From Poseidonia sp. (GTDB lineage: Archaea; Thermoplasmatota; Poseidoniia; Poseidoniales; Poseidoniaceae), in assembly GCA_965661285.1 (NCBI GenBank), contig CBFIDD010000005.1:139191-189481 (forward strand): 50,291 nucleotides of DNA, written 5' to 3'. The translations under genes were made by a program, and so were the position numbers. A model generated the notes under the pieces. It did no database searches. It was not told the DNA's origin and saw only the letters and a list, made by a program, of their open reading frames with translations. Positions 49,301 through 50,291 of this stretch are shown piece after piece (within the stretch, counting starts at the first letter, position 1; each line of letters starts with the position of its first letter).

Positions 49301-50291
49301 ATGTCCTACACGCACCAAATCAGCAACTACGGTTGGACGTCCGGTGTGAGTAACACCTCCGCCGTCCTCAATTCGGGAACAAGATACGGTATTGACACCG
49401 CCATCGCACCAAACGGCGACATTGTAGCGGTCACGCAACTGAGCGTCTCAGGAAATTACATCTTCGACATGCATGTGAAATCCCATGTCAACGGCACGTG
49501 GTCTCGGATTTTCTTGGACAACACCAGCAATTCAGGGTACAATCCCTCTGTTGAGGTTGACGAAAACGGCGTCGTTCATGCCATTTACTTTGCCAGCTCG
49601 ACCAACCAATTGCGCTACGTCACCAATCTCAGCGGCTCATGGGTTTCCTCCAACTTAAGTGCCGCAAAAGGCCTCTCATTGGATTGGTTTGGAAGCGATA
49701 TGGCCATTGACTCACAAGGAAACTTACATTTCATCTTCACTTCATCCGACCCAGGCAGCAATCAGGGCATCCTCTACCATTACACCAACCAGGGAGGCAG
49801 TTGGACCAACACCACCATTTCAGATTCATCCTACCAAGATGCACATTATCCGAGTATGGCCCTCAGCGGCAAGGATGCGGTCCACATCGCCTTTTACAAC
49901 GACGATGGAAGCGATCTTGTCCATGCTACCAACGAGAATGGGTCGTGGACAATGGAGAACGTATCCACTTCGGGCAACATCGGTAAGTGGGCCTCCATCG
50001 CTCTTAATTCAAACGACGATGTTGTCATTGCTTCCAGATATTCCAATCGAATTGACGTGTCCACGCGCACGGGCAGCAGCGGCACGTGGTCCACTGCAAA
50101 CACTGGAACTGGAGATCGATATCCAATGTACATGGACATGAACATAGATTCCAACGATGACGTCCATATCATCTACCGTTGTTCTGGAACATGGGCTCAG
50201 GTCGGCAGCGCAATGGGCGATATTGAACACATCACGAACGAATCAGGCTCATGGGTGCGGTCAAGTCCCATTCGATTCGGTGGCTATCATG
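43307..50291 (+). CDS. Giant secreted modular protein, 3'-truncated (>2300 aa): beta-helix (pectin-lyase-like), LamG, putative Ig, RCC1 repeats, beta-propeller-like repeats
   Basis: ATG 43307 after GAGGT; signal MLNDSQQRKALVLSLLMVMLAQ. The same frame reads IEHITNESGSWVRS at the window end and no ORF-track entry closes in this frame. Motifs ARWPN, WYHVVLV, CWG-N--GQ-G, LP-GL-F----G-I-GTP. Confidence 0.88.
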   Translation, partial: MLNDSQQRKALVLSLLMVMLAQTAYIEAYRGWKPSTELQEEETDVLRVDSPAVCSAASRTSGTEIHVDVVEGDDTYPGTTNCPKASLGAAVTLAASESASNPEIVLHTGLYHENVSVNNLNNLLIRAATGEHVVFDGTRSITDDLGGVWGAADSDGIQEVTLTEDGWQLFLAYEEQVPARWPNAGFDDETVFNRSYWAEGTLTNSNNAYTKGWLTDAGPEAGVHTGLNETVNATGLDPVGAIAVMNLGSFRSNSRIITDWNPNNGTFAYDADGVGWKTKHHAYFLEGKRELIDQDGEWWYNNTNNRLHYKTPSGQNANDLDLRVKVQPFAISVDGSDGVTIQGIDFFGTTVNFNNCDGCSFTNATLEYPSTSKRGLGIAGESEDDRWMTRFYRSTHSFVDNISITNTDGGAIEFQGSAGQSHNNTVNNSYFHAIDWSAADQKGLMVSIYEGGRDMYFTNNSVHLTGASSVLSIGDAPKVFYNEVWDVGHLQNDGAVVQVMQAEASGSEIAYNWIHDVIKYGARFDAPIGEAGEGRNGTMHHNVIWNAAGGLMVKGDYHNIHNNTVFNSSGKNDMIILTDNGVNNGNSTIHQNAADTMADHRTGSWSSYPLPSGTYWNNWNGYVNTTDSVWNQLVDPVNRDFRPKVNSHLDNMSAGAYDAGVSNPWTAGISWTYSTPSAPIAGCMLDYADNYDSDATLSDGSCTFSSYTPPSTLDLRLHLDPTNSSSYSGSGTNVADLSGFNNNGTVASAGPTWDGDFTRFTYDGACTGSTPNLVCDEIEVSDSTSLRPGGNDWSVSVWFNASTHQHSVILGAFDDGGAAVDVGWAIRMRASGAIYANVGTTSNNSAASTSEAFIDTDRWYHVVLVADPGNTLRLYVDGQNVGSGSLSGSGTLRNVSNSLFIASYNGGEYSQTFDGQVGSVMAFADALNATTVNQIYNASKGVYSNTTTLSFPQSSPTLLLGQTYSFPLTVANGEITTSYSLTGTLPSGMNFESSNGTIWGTPTVAMTSTTYTVTANNSAGSYSTSISLTSQHVAPYDLVYSPENMTLTNGTAMTTNTPSVNGGTVTSWEISPSVPTGLSFSTSNGAISGTPTVLQTTAATYTVWANNSGGSASAQVNITINDAAPNALGYSPENMTLEKGTAMTPNLPSVSGGTVTSWEISPSLPTGLTWGSSDGKISGTPTVLQTTTVTYTIWANNSGGSESAQVNITINDQIASISYSTPVEISNNRPLSSTITPTTSGGAITSWEITPALPTGLTFGTTNGSIWGTPENVTSNATYTIYANNSGGSASATLTLNMNWTLTPSVDGAYITRNSSIGTDITWEWGYDPLEANAIGLATGNWNTCAVGDDGLVYCWGRNGNGQIGNGQTSSNTCGNSGHKCKDVPTATSLIGSSGDDIVSIAFGHQHACALLDTGDVECWGRNNAGQIGQGGGDKDTPQAVNLGSGRTATSIYAGGHYSCAILDDESVKCWGQNTDGQLGIGSTSNTNTPTTINTLGSGRTAVSLAAAFSAVCALLDDGSVKCWGDDSQGQLGNGGTNSDLNSPPSSVINLGSGRTAKAITGGEYHFCAILDDDSITCWGDGSNGKLGTGSTGDRSTPTATSGSFASGRYAVAIDAGYDHTCVILDNGDLTCWGGDAKGQLGNGATTGTKSSLQSTTVNLGTGRTAISLSAGGTHTCAQLDNGQLKCWGNRADGQVGDNGGFNNPSDRTSPSTVNNNNNGGNTYADTGVFPSPAVSGATCAISPALPTGMSLTSGTCAITGTPTVTSVNTTYTVWANISGQSFSGQIWLEVGLNAPDISYSSSSYTYTNDTLITTLNPTNVGGGVTTWAINATLPSGLTFETSNGSIWGTPDTVTATTTYTIWANNSAGSNSTTITFTVNDPTPNFSYTNDGSTHSVLLYLNQTMNAVTPITFSGGGLPTSCSSSPSLPSGMTLSSSCVISGTPNVTASFALYTITGTNTGGSDSDSIYISVLAAGGSLTVSPTNREGVVNSTLSNITMSYTHQISNYGWTSGVSNTSAVLNSGTRYGIDTAIAPNGDIVAVTQLSVSGNYIFDMHVKSHVNGTWSRIFLDNTSNSGYNPSVEVDENGVVHAIYFASSTNQLRYVTNLSGSWVSSNLSAAKGLSLDWFGSDMAIDSQGNLHFIFTSSDPGSNQGILYHYTNQGGSWTNTTISDSSYQDAHYPSMALSGKDAVHIAFYNDDGSDLVHATNENGSWTMENVSTSGNIGKWASIALNSNDDVVIASRYSNRIDVSTRTGSSGTWSTANTGTGDRYPMYMDMNIDSNDDVHIIYRCSGTWAQVGSAMGDIEHITNESGSWVRSSPIRFGGYH

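Overview
Archaeal chromosomal segment, most likely Marine Group II Euryarchaeota (Ca. Poseidoniales). This is inferred from the archaeal SecE, Spt5, uL11, uL1, P0 and P1 genes, TATA boxes about 25 bp upstream of start codons, and giant acidic TSP3/Ig surface proteins. The window holds four very large surface proteins; the first is cut by the left edge and the last (43307 to the end) is missing from the ORF track. It also has a methyltransferase-ahcY-metK cluster with a bacterial-type MetK, a PLP enzyme-LysE-selO operon, a copper operon, RNase R, DnaJ, and a secE-spt5 ... rpl11-rpl1-rpl10-rpl12 cluster split by about 7.4 kb. Two near-identical tRNA-Leu genes (CAG and TAG) bracket an AT-richer glycosylation cassette. 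Most unusual signals: (1) tandem 66-70 nt units downstream of both tRNA-Leu genes, built from short hairpins with compensatory base changes plus a copy of the tRNA 3' end; (2) Spt5 fused to a degenerate NUDIX-like domain; (3) uL11 lacking its N-terminal domain; (4) an unannotated 56-aa, 9-Cys microprotein heading the copA operon, behind a perfect inverted repeat that straddles the TATA box; (5) a protein with about 20 two-cysteine LDL-receptor-A-like repeats. All family calls come from motif recognition by eye; no searches were run.
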